A stretch of DNA of 60,705 nucleotides from a virus (taxonomy: Duplodnaviria; Caudoviricetes). This document shows positions 28,684 to 39,033 of the stretch, piece by piece. Each line of letters begins with the position of its first letter. The first letter of the stretch is position 1. The notes below the pieces were generated by a model. That model did not search any database. It was not told the origin of the DNA and saw only the letters and a program-made list of their open reading frames with translations. The stretch is from positions 1 through 60,705 of the IMG/VR virus record IMGVR_UViG_3300024999_000109; one strand, written 5' to 3'. Position numbers and translations under genes: made by a program.

Positions 28684-29518
28684 GATGCCAGAAGAAGAAA
28701 GATTGATGAGGGAAGAAGTGGCGCGTGAAGTGTATGGCGGCGAGGCCACCGTTGACGATCAGGTTGAAAATGAGGTTGTCGAAGAGAAAGAAGAAGTCGT
28801 TGATGCTTGGGCCGGGGTGAATCCCGCCCTGAGACAGACGCTTGAATCTCTCCAATCTCGGATCAGTGACCTCGATGTTATCAACAACCGGCTCAAGCAG
28901 GCAGAATCCAGAGTAGGTGGGATGGAGCGCAGAATCCACGAGGTCACAAAGCCTGTGGAAAAAACCGCCGAGAAGGAAGCCGTCAAGGCGCTGGAGTCAA
29001 CCGAGGCATGGAAGTCCCTGGATGATTACGACCCTGATTTGGTCGAACCGATACGGAAAGCCCTGATAAACGAGATCACCGGCAAGGTCGCTGAGATCGA
29101 AGGCAGGATACCTGACATCGGCAAGATTCGGGGTGAACTTCAGGAAACATTTGAGGCTAAGGTGGAGGCAGTCCGGCAGGAAATGGCAATTGAGGCAGTC
29201 AGGGCGGTCCATGAAGACCTGGACGAGATCAAGACAAGCCCTCAATTCATCGACTGGGCAACGAAACTCCCGCCCGAAAAGGTCGCAAAGCTCGGAAGTT
29301 GGAAGCCCATCGACGCTATCAAGATGCTCAACGAGTACAAATCATTCCGCGACCAGAAATCATCGGTCAAGGACATTGCCGCAGAACGCGAGCGCCGCCT
29401 TAACTCAGCAGCAGCAGACAACAGGAAGTCAGGAAAACCAATCAAAACCAAATCTGAAGACGATATGACCGAGGCAGAGTATCGGGCCTATATCGCCAAG
29501 CAGATTTATAAGACATGA
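28676..29518 (+). CDS. Scaffolding protein
   Basis: Acidic, helical protein immediately before the capsid gene. Confidence 0.75.
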   Translation: MNEMPEEERLMREEVAREVYGGEATVDDQVENEVVEEKEEVVDAWAGVNPALRQTLESLQSRISDLDVINNRLKQAESRVGGMERRIHEVTKPVEKTAEKEAVKALESTEAWKSLDDYDPDLVEPIRKALINEITGKVAEIEGRIPDIGKIRGELQETFEAKVEAVRQEMAIEAVRAVHEDLDEIKTSPQFIDWATKLPPEKVAKLGSWKPIDAIKMLNEYKSFRDQKSSVKDIAAERERRLNSAAADNRKSGKPIKTKSEDDMTEAEYRAYIAKQIYKT

Positions 29519-29526
29519 GGTAAACA

Positions 29527-30555
29527 ATGCAGACCTATACCACCAAGGCGAGTCGTAACCTGATTCGCGCCGAGATGAAGATGTTGCCCCACGCCGAAGC
29601 CCCGATGGTTCTCGGTAGTTTTGGCACACAGGAACAGCAACCCCTTAACAAAACCGAAACTATCGTGTTCAGGAGGGTGAAACCGTTCAATTCCGCAGCC
29701 AACGAGACGGCACAGATTACCCCGGCTTCCTTTGAAACCGCTGAAGGCGTGACCCCGGATAGCTACACCATCGACTATGTAGATGTCAGCGTAACCCTGA
29801 AGCAGTATGCTGTCCTGTTCAAGCTGACCTCGAAAGCAGCCTTGATGTACGAGGACAACATCCCGGATCACATGATCAAGCAGACCGGCGAAGTCATTGC
29901 CGAGATTGCCGAGCTTGTGGCTTATGGTGAGGTGAAATCAGGCACCAACGTCGATTACAGTAATGGATCAACCCGCGCCGGTGTCAATACCGCCATTACC
30001 CTTGGAGTTCTTCGCCAGGCAGCCCGGACACTGGAGTCTTCGTATGCCAAGAAGGTAACAACCAAAGTAGCATCCGGCCCGAATTTCGATACCGAGGCGA
30101 TTGAACCTGCATACCCGGTGTTCCATCACACCAACTGCAACTCCGATATTCGGGATCTTCCCGGCTTTGTCCCAGTTACCAAGTACGGGTCTGCCGTGAA
30201 GCCGATTCATCCGCGCGAGCTTGGAGCCTGTGAAGAGTTCCGGTTTATCCCCTCGCCCCTATTCAAACCCTATCTGGCCGCAGGAAGTGCAACCCTTAAC
30301 GGCATGCTTTCAGCAGCCGGTGCCGCTGTCGACGTTTACCCGATGATCGTCATGGCTGAAGAGGCATGGGGGCATGTTTCGCTGAAGGGACACGGCAAGA
30401 CTTCAATCTCCCCAACCTACTTGCCGCCGAGCCAGAAAAGCCACTCCAACCCATCCGGCATGTTCGGATTCGTCGGCGCTGATTTCTGGTATAACGCCGT
30501 GCGGTTGAACGAAAATCACATGGTGCGTATCGAAACTGGCGTAACCGCTCTGTAA
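29527..30555 (+). CDS. Major capsid protein (N4-gp56-like family)
   Basis: 342 aa; AEGVTP; LKQY; ELGACEEFRF; NPSGMFG. Confidence 0.85.
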   Translation: MQTYTTKASRNLIRAEMKMLPHAEAPMVLGSFGTQEQQPLNKTETIVFRRVKPFNSAANETAQITPASFETAEGVTPDSYTIDYVDVSVTLKQYAVLFKLTSKAALMYEDNIPDHMIKQTGEVIAEIAELVAYGEVKSGTNVDYSNGSTRAGVNTAITLGVLRQAARTLESSYAKKVTTKVASGPNFDTEAIEPAYPVFHHTNCNSDIRDLPGFVPVTKYGSAVKPIHPRELGACEEFRFIPSPLFKPYLAAGSATLNGMLSAAGAAVDVYPMIVMAEEAWGHVSLKGHGKTSISPTYLPPSQKSHSNPSGMFGFVGADFWYNAVRLNENHMVRIETGVTAL

Positions 30556-30591
30556 AATAACGGGGGCGCATAGCCCCCAAGGAGAACCAAT

Positions 30592-31221
30592 ATGTCGCAG
30601 AGTATCAAACAGAGACTTGCCAGTCTTGCCAACAAGAGCGATGCCGCAGAACTGAGAAAGGTTCTGGAGACACAGCTTGCGGACATGACGGCAATCCGAG
30701 ATGAGGTGGTTAAGCTCGTTACCGATGTAACGGCGACCATCACCAGACAGAAAAACATGACCCTCTCTTCATGTGGCCTGGCAATCGCCGGCGGGGCGAA
30801 ACTTACCGCGCAATGCGCTTCCGCGTTTGCGTATCTTGCCAACGGTTCGCTGAAGGTCAAGGCAGTCGCTGACTGTTCAGCCTTGGTCGGCACGGTTGCA
30901 GATGGAAAGACGGCTGGGTGGGCATTTTACATCGACTCAACCGGAACCATCACAACCAGCGCCAAGACGGCGGACGCTGCCGGGAATGACGCCACTGGTG
31001 TTGCCGCAACGTATGTGCTGTTAAGCGCCATTGCTGTTCCTGCCGGAAAGACACTCATAGGATGGCTGGCAGTCGGTACAACCGGCGCAACCTTCGTAGG
31101 CGGCACGACCGCCCTCGATGCGGGCACGGCAACCGACACGTATCTTTCTCTTGTTGGTCCTGGCAGCGTCCCAACCGCAATCACCGCAGCCGCACCCGCT
31201 GCATTAACCACTATCGCATGA
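30592..31221 (+). CDS. Virion structural or decoration protein
   Basis: Ala/Thr-rich, follows the capsid gene; FVGGTTALDA. Confidence 0.6.
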   Translation: MSQSIKQRLASLANKSDAAELRKVLETQLADMTAIRDEVVKLVTDVTATITRQKNMTLSSCGLAIAGGAKLTAQCASAFAYLANGSLKVKAVADCSALVGTVADGKTAGWAFYIDSTGTITTSAKTADAAGNDATGVAATYVLLSAIAVPAGKTLIGWLAVGTTGATFVGGTTALDAGTATDTYLSLVGPGSVPTAITAAAPAALTTIA

Positions 31222-31229
31222 GGTAAGAA

Positions 31230-31691
31230 ATGAATTTGAATGACGATCCGCGAGGCGGAACTTTTTGCAAGGGAAACGCAGGGCTTGCCATCGGTGACGG
31301 GGCAAAAACTGGGCCGGCAATCGTAGGGAAAGACAGCCTTGGCCTTACCTACTGTATTGACGGCATTGACTATTACAAGGACGATGCAGCCGCCGTTTGT
31401 CCGCTAACCGCCGCCGCTGTTCAGGCTGTTTCGACCACCTGTATGTACTTGATTCAGATCGATGCAGACGGGACCGTTACGAGCGTTAAGGGAACCGAAG
31501 TGGCAACAGGTGGAGACGACGCTCTTTATATCCCGCCTGCCGCTGCCGGAAAGTGCCCGATTGGCGCGGTCAAGATCGTAACCGACTCAACCCACACCTT
31601 CACTCCTGGCACTACGGCGCTCGACGCTGCCGGCATCACTGAGACCTATTACAACCTGACAACCGTGCCGGTCAACCCGTTCACGGCATAA
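31230..31691 (+). CDS. Virion structural or decoration protein, paralogue of the upstream gene
   Basis: GLAIG...PAAAGKCPIG...FTPGTTALDA. Confidence 0.6.
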   Translation: MNLNDDPRGGTFCKGNAGLAIGDGAKTGPAIVGKDSLGLTYCIDGIDYYKDDAAAVCPLTAAAVQAVSTTCMYLIQIDADGTVTSVKGTEVATGGDDALYIPPAAAGKCPIGAVKIVTDSTHTFTPGTTALDAAGITETYYNLTTVPVNPFTA

Positions 31692-31728
31692 CACTAAAGC
31701 CCCTCTTCGGAGGGGCATGGAGGATTAA

Positions 31729-32190
31729 ATGGCAAGAAACCCCGGCAGTAAAGAAACATACGCAGGACATGAAACCATCGGGCAGGGAAAAGATTTTACC
31801 ATGCCAGAAGTCAACGTCGGAGCAGGCATTGAGCCGGTTGCCGAGGCAAATATCTCAAACGCCGCCGACCTTGAAGCGTTCATGAACGAAATTCTCGTTA
31901 TCAGGGTCTTTGAAGATAACGCAGAGGGTAGTCTTCCAACCGCTGAGCCAATCGTCAAGGGCATGAAGCAGATCATTGTCAGGGGGGTCGATTCAAGAGT
32001 CAAGCGCAAGTATGTTGAAGCCCTTGCACGGTCGAGAACTACCAAATACGACCAAATCCAGCGGGACATGATGGACCCGTCTTCAAGATTCATGCGCCCG
32101 AAGGCCAAAATATCTTATCCCTTTTCAATCGTCCACGATCCCAACCCACGAGGAAGAGACTGGCTCAAGGCCATACTGGCAGAGGCATAA
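31729..32190 (+). CDS. Hypothetical head-tail region protein
   Basis: GGAGG RBS; follows the hairpin gcccctcttcggaggggc. Confidence 0.65.
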   Translation: MARNPGSKETYAGHETIGQGKDFTMPEVNVGAGIEPVAEANISNAADLEAFMNEILVIRVFEDNAEGSLPTAEPIVKGMKQIIVRGVDSRVKRKYVEALARSRTTKYDQIQRDMMDPSSRFMRPKAKISYPFSIVHDPNPRGRDWLKAILAEA

Positions 32191-32877
32191 ATGAACAAAC
32201 TGGCACTCACAAAGCGACTCAGCAGGGACTGTGGGGTGAATCAGACCGGCCCGTCCACCACGTTGAATCAATCCGGGGAATACCTGCGATTGTGCAACTG
32301 GATAGACGACGCCTACAAGTCGATTCAGATCCTGTATTCCACCTGGCAGTTCTTGCGCGAAGAGTTCAACTTCGCAACGGTTATCGGCACGGCTTCATAC
32401 ACGCCGACCACTGCCGGACTGACTGACTTTGCCGAGTGGGTGTCAGATGACGACCAGGATTCAGAAGACTTCAGAATGTATCTCACGGCATTGGATGAAA
32501 GATATCTCGTTTATATGCCATGGGAGATGTTCCGAGTGGCCTACATGGTCGGAACCCAACGAACGCAGACCGGCCGGCCGAGCGTGTACACCATCCGCCC
32601 GGACGATACGGTGATGTTTTACCCCATTCCAGACCAGATTTACACATGCCTTGGAGAATATTACAAGGTGCCTGATGTAATGACCGCCGATACGGATGAG
32701 CCGATTTTCCCCGAGAGATTCCACGAGGCCATTCTTTACCGGGCGATGATGTCATACGGGGCATATTCCCAGGAGCCTGATAAATACTCAGTCGGAGACA
32801 GAGAATACCGACGGATCATTCGAGGATTGAAGAAAAGCCAACTCCCGCAAATGTCCTGGGGGGAACCCCTGGCATGA
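32191..32877 (+). CDS. Head-tail adaptor protein
   Basis: TGRPSVY; FYPIPD; PERFHEAIL; position in module. Confidence 0.7.
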   Translation: MNKLALTKRLSRDCGVNQTGPSTTLNQSGEYLRLCNWIDDAYKSIQILYSTWQFLREEFNFATVIGTASYTPTTAGLTDFAEWVSDDDQDSEDFRMYLTALDERYLVYMPWEMFRVAYMVGTQRTQTGRPSVYTIRPDDTVMFYPIPDQIYTCLGEYYKVPDVMTADTDEPIFPERFHEAILYRAMMSYGAYSQEPDKYSVGDREYRRIIRGLKKSQLPQMSWGEPLA

Positions 32878-35024
32878 TGAAACTTCCCGTCATCCCGGTC
32901 AAGACACAGTTTACCGCCTTTCAAGGTGGCCTGGACACCGAGACTCCCATGATTTCGGTGAAACCTGGAAGGCTGAGAAGGTCGCAGAATCTCTACCAAG
33001 GGACGAATGGCGGGTATATCTCGCTTGAAGGGTACGAAAGGTACAGCGGACAGCCGAAACCATCAGCGGCACAGTATGCCACCCTTGAGACTGTTCTTTC
33101 AGATACCGTAGCGGTCGGTGATGTTGTCACTGATGACGCGGGAACCTCTTATGGGACGGTCATAGCGATAACTTCTGTTTCTGCCGTCGAGGAGCTTGCA
33201 GGCGACGGTGACGGGGCGGAAATACTCGATGCAGACGGTGACGGTGTTTCTGATGCAGCCGTTACAGTGACGACCTTGATTATGACCAAACTGGTCGGCA
33301 CATTCTCGGCTGGAGACATAAAGATCGGCGCCGGGGTGGTTGGACACTGCTACGGCGCCCAAGTCGTAGGCGGGGCATCGACAAGCCTGCTCAACGCTCA
33401 ATACTTGAACCTTGCAGCCGATGAATACCGGGATGACGTTATCGCAGTCCCTGGCGCTGGATCGGTCCTCGGAATTTGGTATTACAACGGCAAGTGGTAT
33501 GCGTTCAGGAACAACGCAGCCGGCACCGACGCTGAGATGTATGTCGATTCCACCGCTGGATGGGTAAAAGTCGAGCTCGGTCTTGAATTGAATTTCACCT
33601 CCGGGGGCACGTATGTTCCCGCAGTAGGGGATACGATCACCGGGGAGACAAGTGGAGCGACCGCTGTTCTCACTGGGGTTGTCCTTCGAGACGGTGCATG
33701 GGACGCGGGCGATGCAGTTGGCAAGTTTGTCTTCGCCGCAAAAACAGGAAACTTTCAGGCAGAGACGGTGAAGGTTGGGGCAAGCCTTGATATTGCCACC
33801 ATCGCTGGAAATGCGGCCGCGATAATCTTCGACGCTCCGTCGGGAAGATTTGAGTTCGGAAATTACAACTTTACCGGGTCTGCAACCACTCAGAAGATGT
33901 ACGGGGTAGACGGGGTGAACCGAGGGTTTGAGTTTAACGGCACGGTTTTTGTTCCGATTGAGACAGGGATGTCGATATTTCCCACACACCTGACCGAGCA
34001 CAAATACCAATTGTTTTTCGCGTATGCCGGGTCTGCTCAACATTCAAGACCAGGATTCCAGTATGAGTGGGATCTCCTGGTCGGCGGTGATGAGCTTGGG
34101 CTGAGCGACTATATCACTGGTTTTGTCTCACAGCCGGGAAATGACGGTACAAGCACCCTGGCATTCTTTTCCAGAAATTCAATCAACATGCTGTACGGCT
34201 CATCCGCCGCCGATTGGAACCTCGTTTCCTACAAAAAAGGCACTGGGGCTATCCAGTGGACTACTCAATTTATCGGAAATACATTCGCGCTGGATGACAG
34301 GGGGATAACCAAACTCTCGACAAGCCAGTCTTACGGCAACTTTGAGGACGCAACTGCAAGCCAGCTTTTTCAGTCCTGGCTGAAGACCAAAAAGACCCAA
34401 GTGACAGCTTCGTGCGTGAGCCTCGATAAAAATCTCTACTGCCTGTTCTTTGCCGACAAATCAGCCCTGTTCTGCACTGTGGATAATGGCGAGATTGTCG
34501 CCGCAACTCCAATGTTATTTGGCCATAAAGTGACCTGTATCTGCACCACAGAGGACTCAAGCGGCAACGAGGTCATCATGTTTGGTAGTGATGACGGGTA
34601 TGTTCGACAGCTATTCGCTGGGACGAGTTTTGATGGGGATGATATTGAATGGTATGGAGAATTGTCGTTCGACCATCTCAAAACACCGACACAGGTTAAG
34701 CGATTCAGGAGATCCACATTTGAGATATTTGGTGAAGGGTATGCGGAGTTTCAGTTCACGTATGCTCTTGGATATGAATCGGCAGACATCGCACAGCCAG
34801 GGATTACCTCAGCAGAAATGCTTCTTACGTCTGGGAGTTGGGATACAGGAAACTGGGATGAAGGGGTATGGGACGGGGTAAACCTTGCGCCGATGTCTTT
34901 TGATATGAGCGGAAGCGCGACAAATATATCCATAAGGATAGGTGGCAATGGCGATTATCACGCGTCGCTGAAATTTTCAGGGGTTTTGACCCAATATTCT
35001 CCCACCCGGGAAACAAGGAGCTGA
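32874..35024 (+). CDS. Tail nozzle / tubular B-like beta-propeller protein
   Basis: 716 aa; FQGGL N-terminus; WDTGNWDEGVWDG. Confidence 0.65.
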   Translation: MMKLPVIPVKTQFTAFQGGLDTETPMISVKPGRLRRSQNLYQGTNGGYISLEGYERYSGQPKPSAAQYATLETVLSDTVAVGDVVTDDAGTSYGTVIAITSVSAVEELAGDGDGAEILDADGDGVSDAAVTVTTLIMTKLVGTFSAGDIKIGAGVVGHCYGAQVVGGASTSLLNAQYLNLAADEYRDDVIAVPGAGSVLGIWYYNGKWYAFRNNAAGTDAEMYVDSTAGWVKVELGLELNFTSGGTYVPAVGDTITGETSGATAVLTGVVLRDGAWDAGDAVGKFVFAAKTGNFQAETVKVGASLDIATIAGNAAAIIFDAPSGRFEFGNYNFTGSATTQKMYGVDGVNRGFEFNGTVFVPIETGMSIFPTHLTEHKYQLFFAYAGSAQHSRPGFQYEWDLLVGGDELGLSDYITGFVSQPGNDGTSTLAFFSRNSINMLYGSSAADWNLVSYKKGTGAIQWTTQFIGNTFALDDRGITKLSTSQSYGNFEDATASQLFQSWLKTKKTQVTASCVSLDKNLYCLFFADKSALFCTVDNGEIVAATPMLFGHKVTCICTTEDSSGNEVIMFGSDDGYVRQLFAGTSFDGDDIEWYGELSFDHLKTPTQVKRFRRSTFEIFGEGYAEFQFTYALGYESADIAQPGITSAEMLLTSGSWDTGNWDEGVWDGVNLAPMSFDMSGSATNISIRIGGNGDYHASLKFSGVLTQYSPTRETRS

Positions 35025-35025
35025 T

Positions 35026-35922
35026 ATGCCAAGTTACAAAAGGTTTTTGACCAACTCAGTAATTGCCGTCCTGTTGGTGGTTTTTACCGGGATAGCCGGT
35101 GCGCAAACCAACGAATACTATGACAGTTCAGGAGCCCCAACGGCAAGGTCTTCATTGTCCTCAGCAACGATCAGGATTGAGTTTGATTCAATCGAGGCTG
35201 GATTCGTCAAACTCCCGACCCTTGCGGCAAACGAGAACAAGCCGATCTTTGTCAATTCTGGCGGAACCGCAATGGAGGCAAAGTCAGTTGCCGATGCAAA
35301 CACTTTGCTCGGGACAGAACTGACCTCACACAAGGACGCCTCGGGCGGTTACGCCGGTTTGACGCTGTTCAAAATCAACTTCAAGAACGCTCTCAATACA
35401 GTCACATCCTTCTTCACCAACGCCAATACAACGGCAAGGACGTACACCTTTCAGGACCGTGACGGGATAATTGCTGACAATACTGACCTTACACTTAAGG
35501 CCGACATTGCATCGCCAACCTTTACCGGGGCTCCATCTGTACCAACCGCCGCCAACGGTACAGACACTACACAGATAGCATCGACTGAGTTCGTTCAGAA
35601 TGCCGTGGAGGTCGTGGACGAGGGCATTGGGATTGGCCAGACACAGACAAATATGGCCGGCAAGGTGCTTGGGGATGTGTACCAAAACACACTTGAAAAG
35701 CCCATACAGGTCAGCGTTACAGTTTCTTCCAGTGCGAGTGCTGGATTTGCTCAACTCTTGGTTAGCCCAGATACTAATATCCCGACTTTCGCTGTTTCGG
35801 AAGTGTCCTTTCCTGCCGGCACAGGGCGAAGAGGTTCGGTTTCGGCTATAGTTCCTCCGGGCCACTATTACCTTGTGACCTCATCAAACGTCACGTTGTA
35901 TAAATGGGTGGAGCTTCGATAA
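35026..35922 (+). CDS. Tail fibre-like protein with an N-terminal signal-peptide-like segment
   Basis: ASPTFTGAPSVPTAANGTDTTQIASTEFV fibre motif; GIGQT..YQNT..PIQVSV..IVPPG tip; KR+hydrophobic+AGA N-terminus. Confidence 0.75.
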   Translation: MPSYKRFLTNSVIAVLLVVFTGIAGAQTNEYYDSSGAPTARSSLSSATIRIEFDSIEAGFVKLPTLAANENKPIFVNSGGTAMEAKSVADANTLLGTELTSHKDASGGYAGLTLFKINFKNALNTVTSFFTNANTTARTYTFQDRDGIIADNTDLTLKADIASPTFTGAPSVPTAANGTDTTQIASTEFVQNAVEVVDEGIGIGQTQTNMAGKVLGDVYQNTLEKPIQVSVTVSSSASAGFAQLLVSPDTNIPTFAVSEVSFPAGTGRRGSVSAIVPPGHYYLVTSSNVTLYKWVELR

Positions 35923-35946
35923 GATGGCAAAATCTATTTTGCAAAG

Positions 35947-36765
35947 GTGGCGCTGATGCCTCTCAGTCTTCTATTGGAAGATCCCCCTAACACAAACCCG
36001 GTGACCACTATGCCCGCCACTCCAACAGGCCCAAGTGCCACGACTCTGAATTACAACCCGAACCTGCCGGTCTACGCGGAACCTGAAACGCAGTCCACTC
36101 AGACCGCGCTTGGCCAGCTCGCACCGGATTCGAGCTACGTTGATCCAGCGAAGGCGACGGTGGCTGGCCAGACCGCAGGGATTCTTTCTTCCGGGTCTCC
36201 ATTGCTGAGAGCAGCACAGGCCCAGTCGGAGCAGTCTTTCAATTCCAGGGGGCTGCTGAACAGTCAAGGAGGGGTAAGGGCAGGGACTGCGGCAACGATT
36301 GACAAGGCCCTGCAGATAGCCACTCCAGACGCGCAATTCTATCAAGGGCTTGCCGGCCAGACACAAAAGACCACCCAGGACGCGGCGCTCAACAATCAAT
36401 TGGCCGGTATCGAGTACAAAAAGTCCCTGAACAACGCCAAGATTACCGGGGCACTGACGACCCAGGAGCAGGCCGGCCAGGTCGAAATGCAGAAACTTGC
36501 CGACACTGCACAGATGCAACGGCTTGAGGTTGATAATCAGTGGAAGGAGCTGATTAACATGGACCAGATGGACGCCGAGGATGCCAAGAATTTGATGGCC
36601 GTCTCTGCGTCCCTTGGTACAGAACTCACAGGCGGGATCGAAAGGCTTTTGAGGGACACGAACATCACCGACAAAAAGGCTGCGGTCGAAGCCCTGATGA
36701 CCACCTATCGGTCACAACTGACGACCGCTGCGGCGATTGTCAACATACCCCTCACTTGGTCATGA
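35947..36765 (+). CDS. Internal virion / ejection protein
   Basis: Gln/Ala-rich; NSRGLLNS; start may be ATG 35956. Confidence 0.55.
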   Translation: MALMPLSLLLEDPPNTNPVTTMPATPTGPSATTLNYNPNLPVYAEPETQSTQTALGQLAPDSSYVDPAKATVAGQTAGILSSGSPLLRAAQAQSEQSFNSRGLLNSQGGVRAGTAATIDKALQIATPDAQFYQGLAGQTQKTTQDAALNNQLAGIEYKKSLNNAKITGALTTQEQAGQVEMQKLADTAQMQRLEVDNQWKELINMDQMDAEDAKNLMAVSASLGTELTGGIERLLRDTNITDKKAAVEALMTTYRSQLTTAAAIVNIPLTWS

Positions 36766-37271
36766 TTGAGAAACCCCTCTATAGATATGGACCACTCGAC
36801 ACCGGTGCACTGTGCAAACTGTACCGCTCGGACGATGTGTATATCCCTTCAGCCGACGACTATACCAAACCCTCCGACCTGATGCGGTTTGTCGATAACT
36901 GCATGATGATGCCGCAGATGTATGTCCTTGGCAGAGATCCGCGACATGAGGCGTTTATCTTCGCTCCCTCCCATAACGCGACCACCTTTCTCGCGCATTT
37001 CGCAATCAGGAAGGACAAGCGGGATGGCTCGGTGGTCAAAAAGACAGCGGAAGCGGCAAGGTGGATCTTCGAGAACACGACTTGCGAGTGCATCATGGCG
37101 TTCATCAACGAAGAGAATAAGGCCGCAAGGTCGGTCCTGGCGCAAGGTGGATTGACGAGAATCGGTAAAACCAAGGGGTCTGTCCGGTTTGGCGGAAAAC
37201 TCTGCAACGAGATCATTTATCAGATGACCAAAGAAGAATTTAACACCCTTTGGGGTGACGGGAGGGTTTGA
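36762..37271 (+). CDS. GNAT-fold protein (P22 gp14-like position)
   Basis: ENKAARSVLAQGGLTRIG motif; lies within the ejection genes. Confidence 0.65.
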   Translation: MIEKPLYRYGPLDTGALCKLYRSDDVYIPSADDYTKPSDLMRFVDNCMMMPQMYVLGRDPRHEAFIFAPSHNATTFLAHFAIRKDKRDGSVVKKTAEAARWIFENTTCECIMAFINEENKAARSVLAQGGLTRIGKTKGSVRFGGKLCNEIIYQMTKEEFNTLWGDGRV

Positions 37272-37272
37272 T

Positions 37273-38187
37273 ATGGCGTGGATTGCTGGCATAGGTGCTG
37301 CGGTTGCGGGAGCATTCGGGGCAAGTGTCGCCGTTGGCGGACTGGCTTCAATGGTCATCGGCGGGGCCGTGGTTGGCGCCGCTGTCGGTGGACTGTACTC
37401 TGCCGTGACCGGGGGAGACATTTTGAAAGGAGTTCTCTTCGGAGCAGTCGGTGGGGCGGTGGTAGGGTTCGGAGGGTCTGCCTTAGGCTTCGGGCAAACT
37501 GCGGTTGGTTCGGCGACTTCAATATCCGGGGCAACATCGTTAGGGGCCAGTGAAAATGTCGCACTGGCAGCAACAACCGCGGGCACAGAGATATCTGCAA
37601 GCGGAGGCATTCTTGGCGGGGTAGCCCCAGCGGCAACAAAGTCAGCATTCTTCACCACTGAAGGAATGGCAGCGACCGGTATGGTTGCTTCTCTTGGATC
37701 CGCATTTCTCCAGGGCGGGGCAGGGAGTGACATTGCCGAGAGCAAGATTGCCTCAGACGAGAAGATGCAAGCTGAGAGGCTGGCGGCTGATAAGGAAATG
37801 GCCCAGGCCAACAACGAGACCCAACTTGCAGCGGCAGAGATAGCCAGGGCGGCAGGCGATGCCAGGAATAAATCCGCCGAGAAAATGGCAGCGGCTGACC
37901 TCGACTTCAACAAGAACAAATTCTCCCAGGAGTTTTCGGAAGACCAATGGCGGGACCGGAAAGACCGGGAAGAGAAGGCGACCGCCAAGCAGGAATTTCA
38001 GACCGGATTGGAACAGGCCAGTCAGTATGTCGCAGGGAACACACAAGTCGTCGGTCTGGTGGAAACCAGCAGGCGGCGCAAGTCCCTTCCTTCTCCAGCC
38101 TGGTATGCCCAATCAGCGAAACCGACCCAAACCGCACAGGGCACTCCACCTGTCGCGCAACCACAACAGCCTCAAGCGGTGGCATAA
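37273..38187 (+). CDS. DNA ejection protein with Gly/Ala hydrophobic N-terminus
   Basis: Glycine-zipper region followed by coiled coil. Confidence 0.65.
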   Translation: MAWIAGIGAAVAGAFGASVAVGGLASMVIGGAVVGAAVGGLYSAVTGGDILKGVLFGAVGGAVVGFGGSALGFGQTAVGSATSISGATSLGASENVALAATTAGTEISASGGILGGVAPAATKSAFFTTEGMAATGMVASLGSAFLQGGAGSDIAESKIASDEKMQAERLAADKEMAQANNETQLAAAEIARAAGDARNKSAEKMAAADLDFNKNKFSQEFSEDQWRDRKDREEKATAKQEFQTGLEQASQYVAGNTQVVGLVETSRRRKSLPSPAWYAQSAKPTQTAQGTPPVAQPQQPQAVA

Positions 38188-39033
38188 ATGGGAATCCTAT
38201 CACTCTCAGGCGACAGTCTGAAATATGACCGGCTCAAAGAAGACCCTCTGAAGAATGAGTATGATCCGGTTGGCAAAGCTGAAGGGAAACGGGTCAAGAC
38301 CTACGACCCCGAATTGGGATGGGCCATGCACCCGGAAGAGAAAGCCGGTGTTCTTGATTATCGGAATCGGGTTAATGACGCGGTTGGGAAGCAGCAATCC
38401 GCGATAGGGAATTATCAATCGACCTTCAATTCAGCAATGTCAGACGCCGAGAAACAGGCGCAGGGTATTCTCTCAGAAGCGCAGGGTCAAGTCGCAGGGA
38501 TCAAGCGGTACACCACTCCGACCATCGCGGTCAATGTCGTGGATGCCTCCGGCGATAAAATCGAGGGCACATACCACATGCCCAAGGAAGTCGCGGAGCA
38601 ACTTGCACAAGAAAAAGGCGTGTCAACGAGATGGAATGAGGATGGAAGTTTCAACGTCTCGGTACGGACCAACGAAGAGGCGGGGGGCCGGACCATAGGC
38701 GAGGAACTTCATACGGCTTTTAGGGATGCCGAGGCACAACTGGCCGAATATCAGAAAATCTATGACTCCCAATATGACACAGCGAAAGAGGCAGGGGCTA
38801 TTCAAATAGGCTCATTGCAGAGCGAGATCGACACCCAGCGGAACATCGCCAACAACGCCTACAATTCCAATATAGGCATGGCCAGCCAACAGCTTGAAGC
38901 ACTCAAGGGAAAATGGACCGGGTTTGTCACCGAGCAAAGAGCGGCATTCCAGCAAGGGATTCAAACCAACAATGGCGGCATTGCCGATCTGGTTAATTCA
39001 GGCGCACTGACACTGAAAGGGAAGGTGGCATAA
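38188..39033 (+). CDS. Hypothetical virion or ejection protein
   Basis: Coiled-coil; coupled within the operon. Confidence 0.55.
   Translation: MGILSLSGDSLKYDRLKEDPLKNEYDPVGKAEGKRVKTYDPELGWAMHPEEKAGVLDYRNRVNDAVGKQQSAIGNYQSTFNSAMSDAEKQAQGILSEAQGQVAGIKRYTTPTIAVNVVDASGDKIEGTYHMPKEVAEQLAQEKGVSTRWNEDGSFNVSVRTNEEAGGRTIGEELHTAFRDAEAQLAEYQKIYDSQYDTAKEAGAIQIGSLQSEIDTQRNIANNAYNSNIGMASQQLEALKGKWTGFVTEQRAAFQQGIQTNNGGIADLVNSGALTLKGKVA

Noticed and set aside
33185-33260. Acidic DGDG/DADGDG insert in the nozzle gene as an intein or mobile insert
   Set aside because: Short, in frame and without splicing motifs; at most a calcium-binding loop
33099-34043. Long antisense ORFs (also 36849-37988)
   Set aside because: Shadows of well-supported plus-strand genes, with no motifs or RBS
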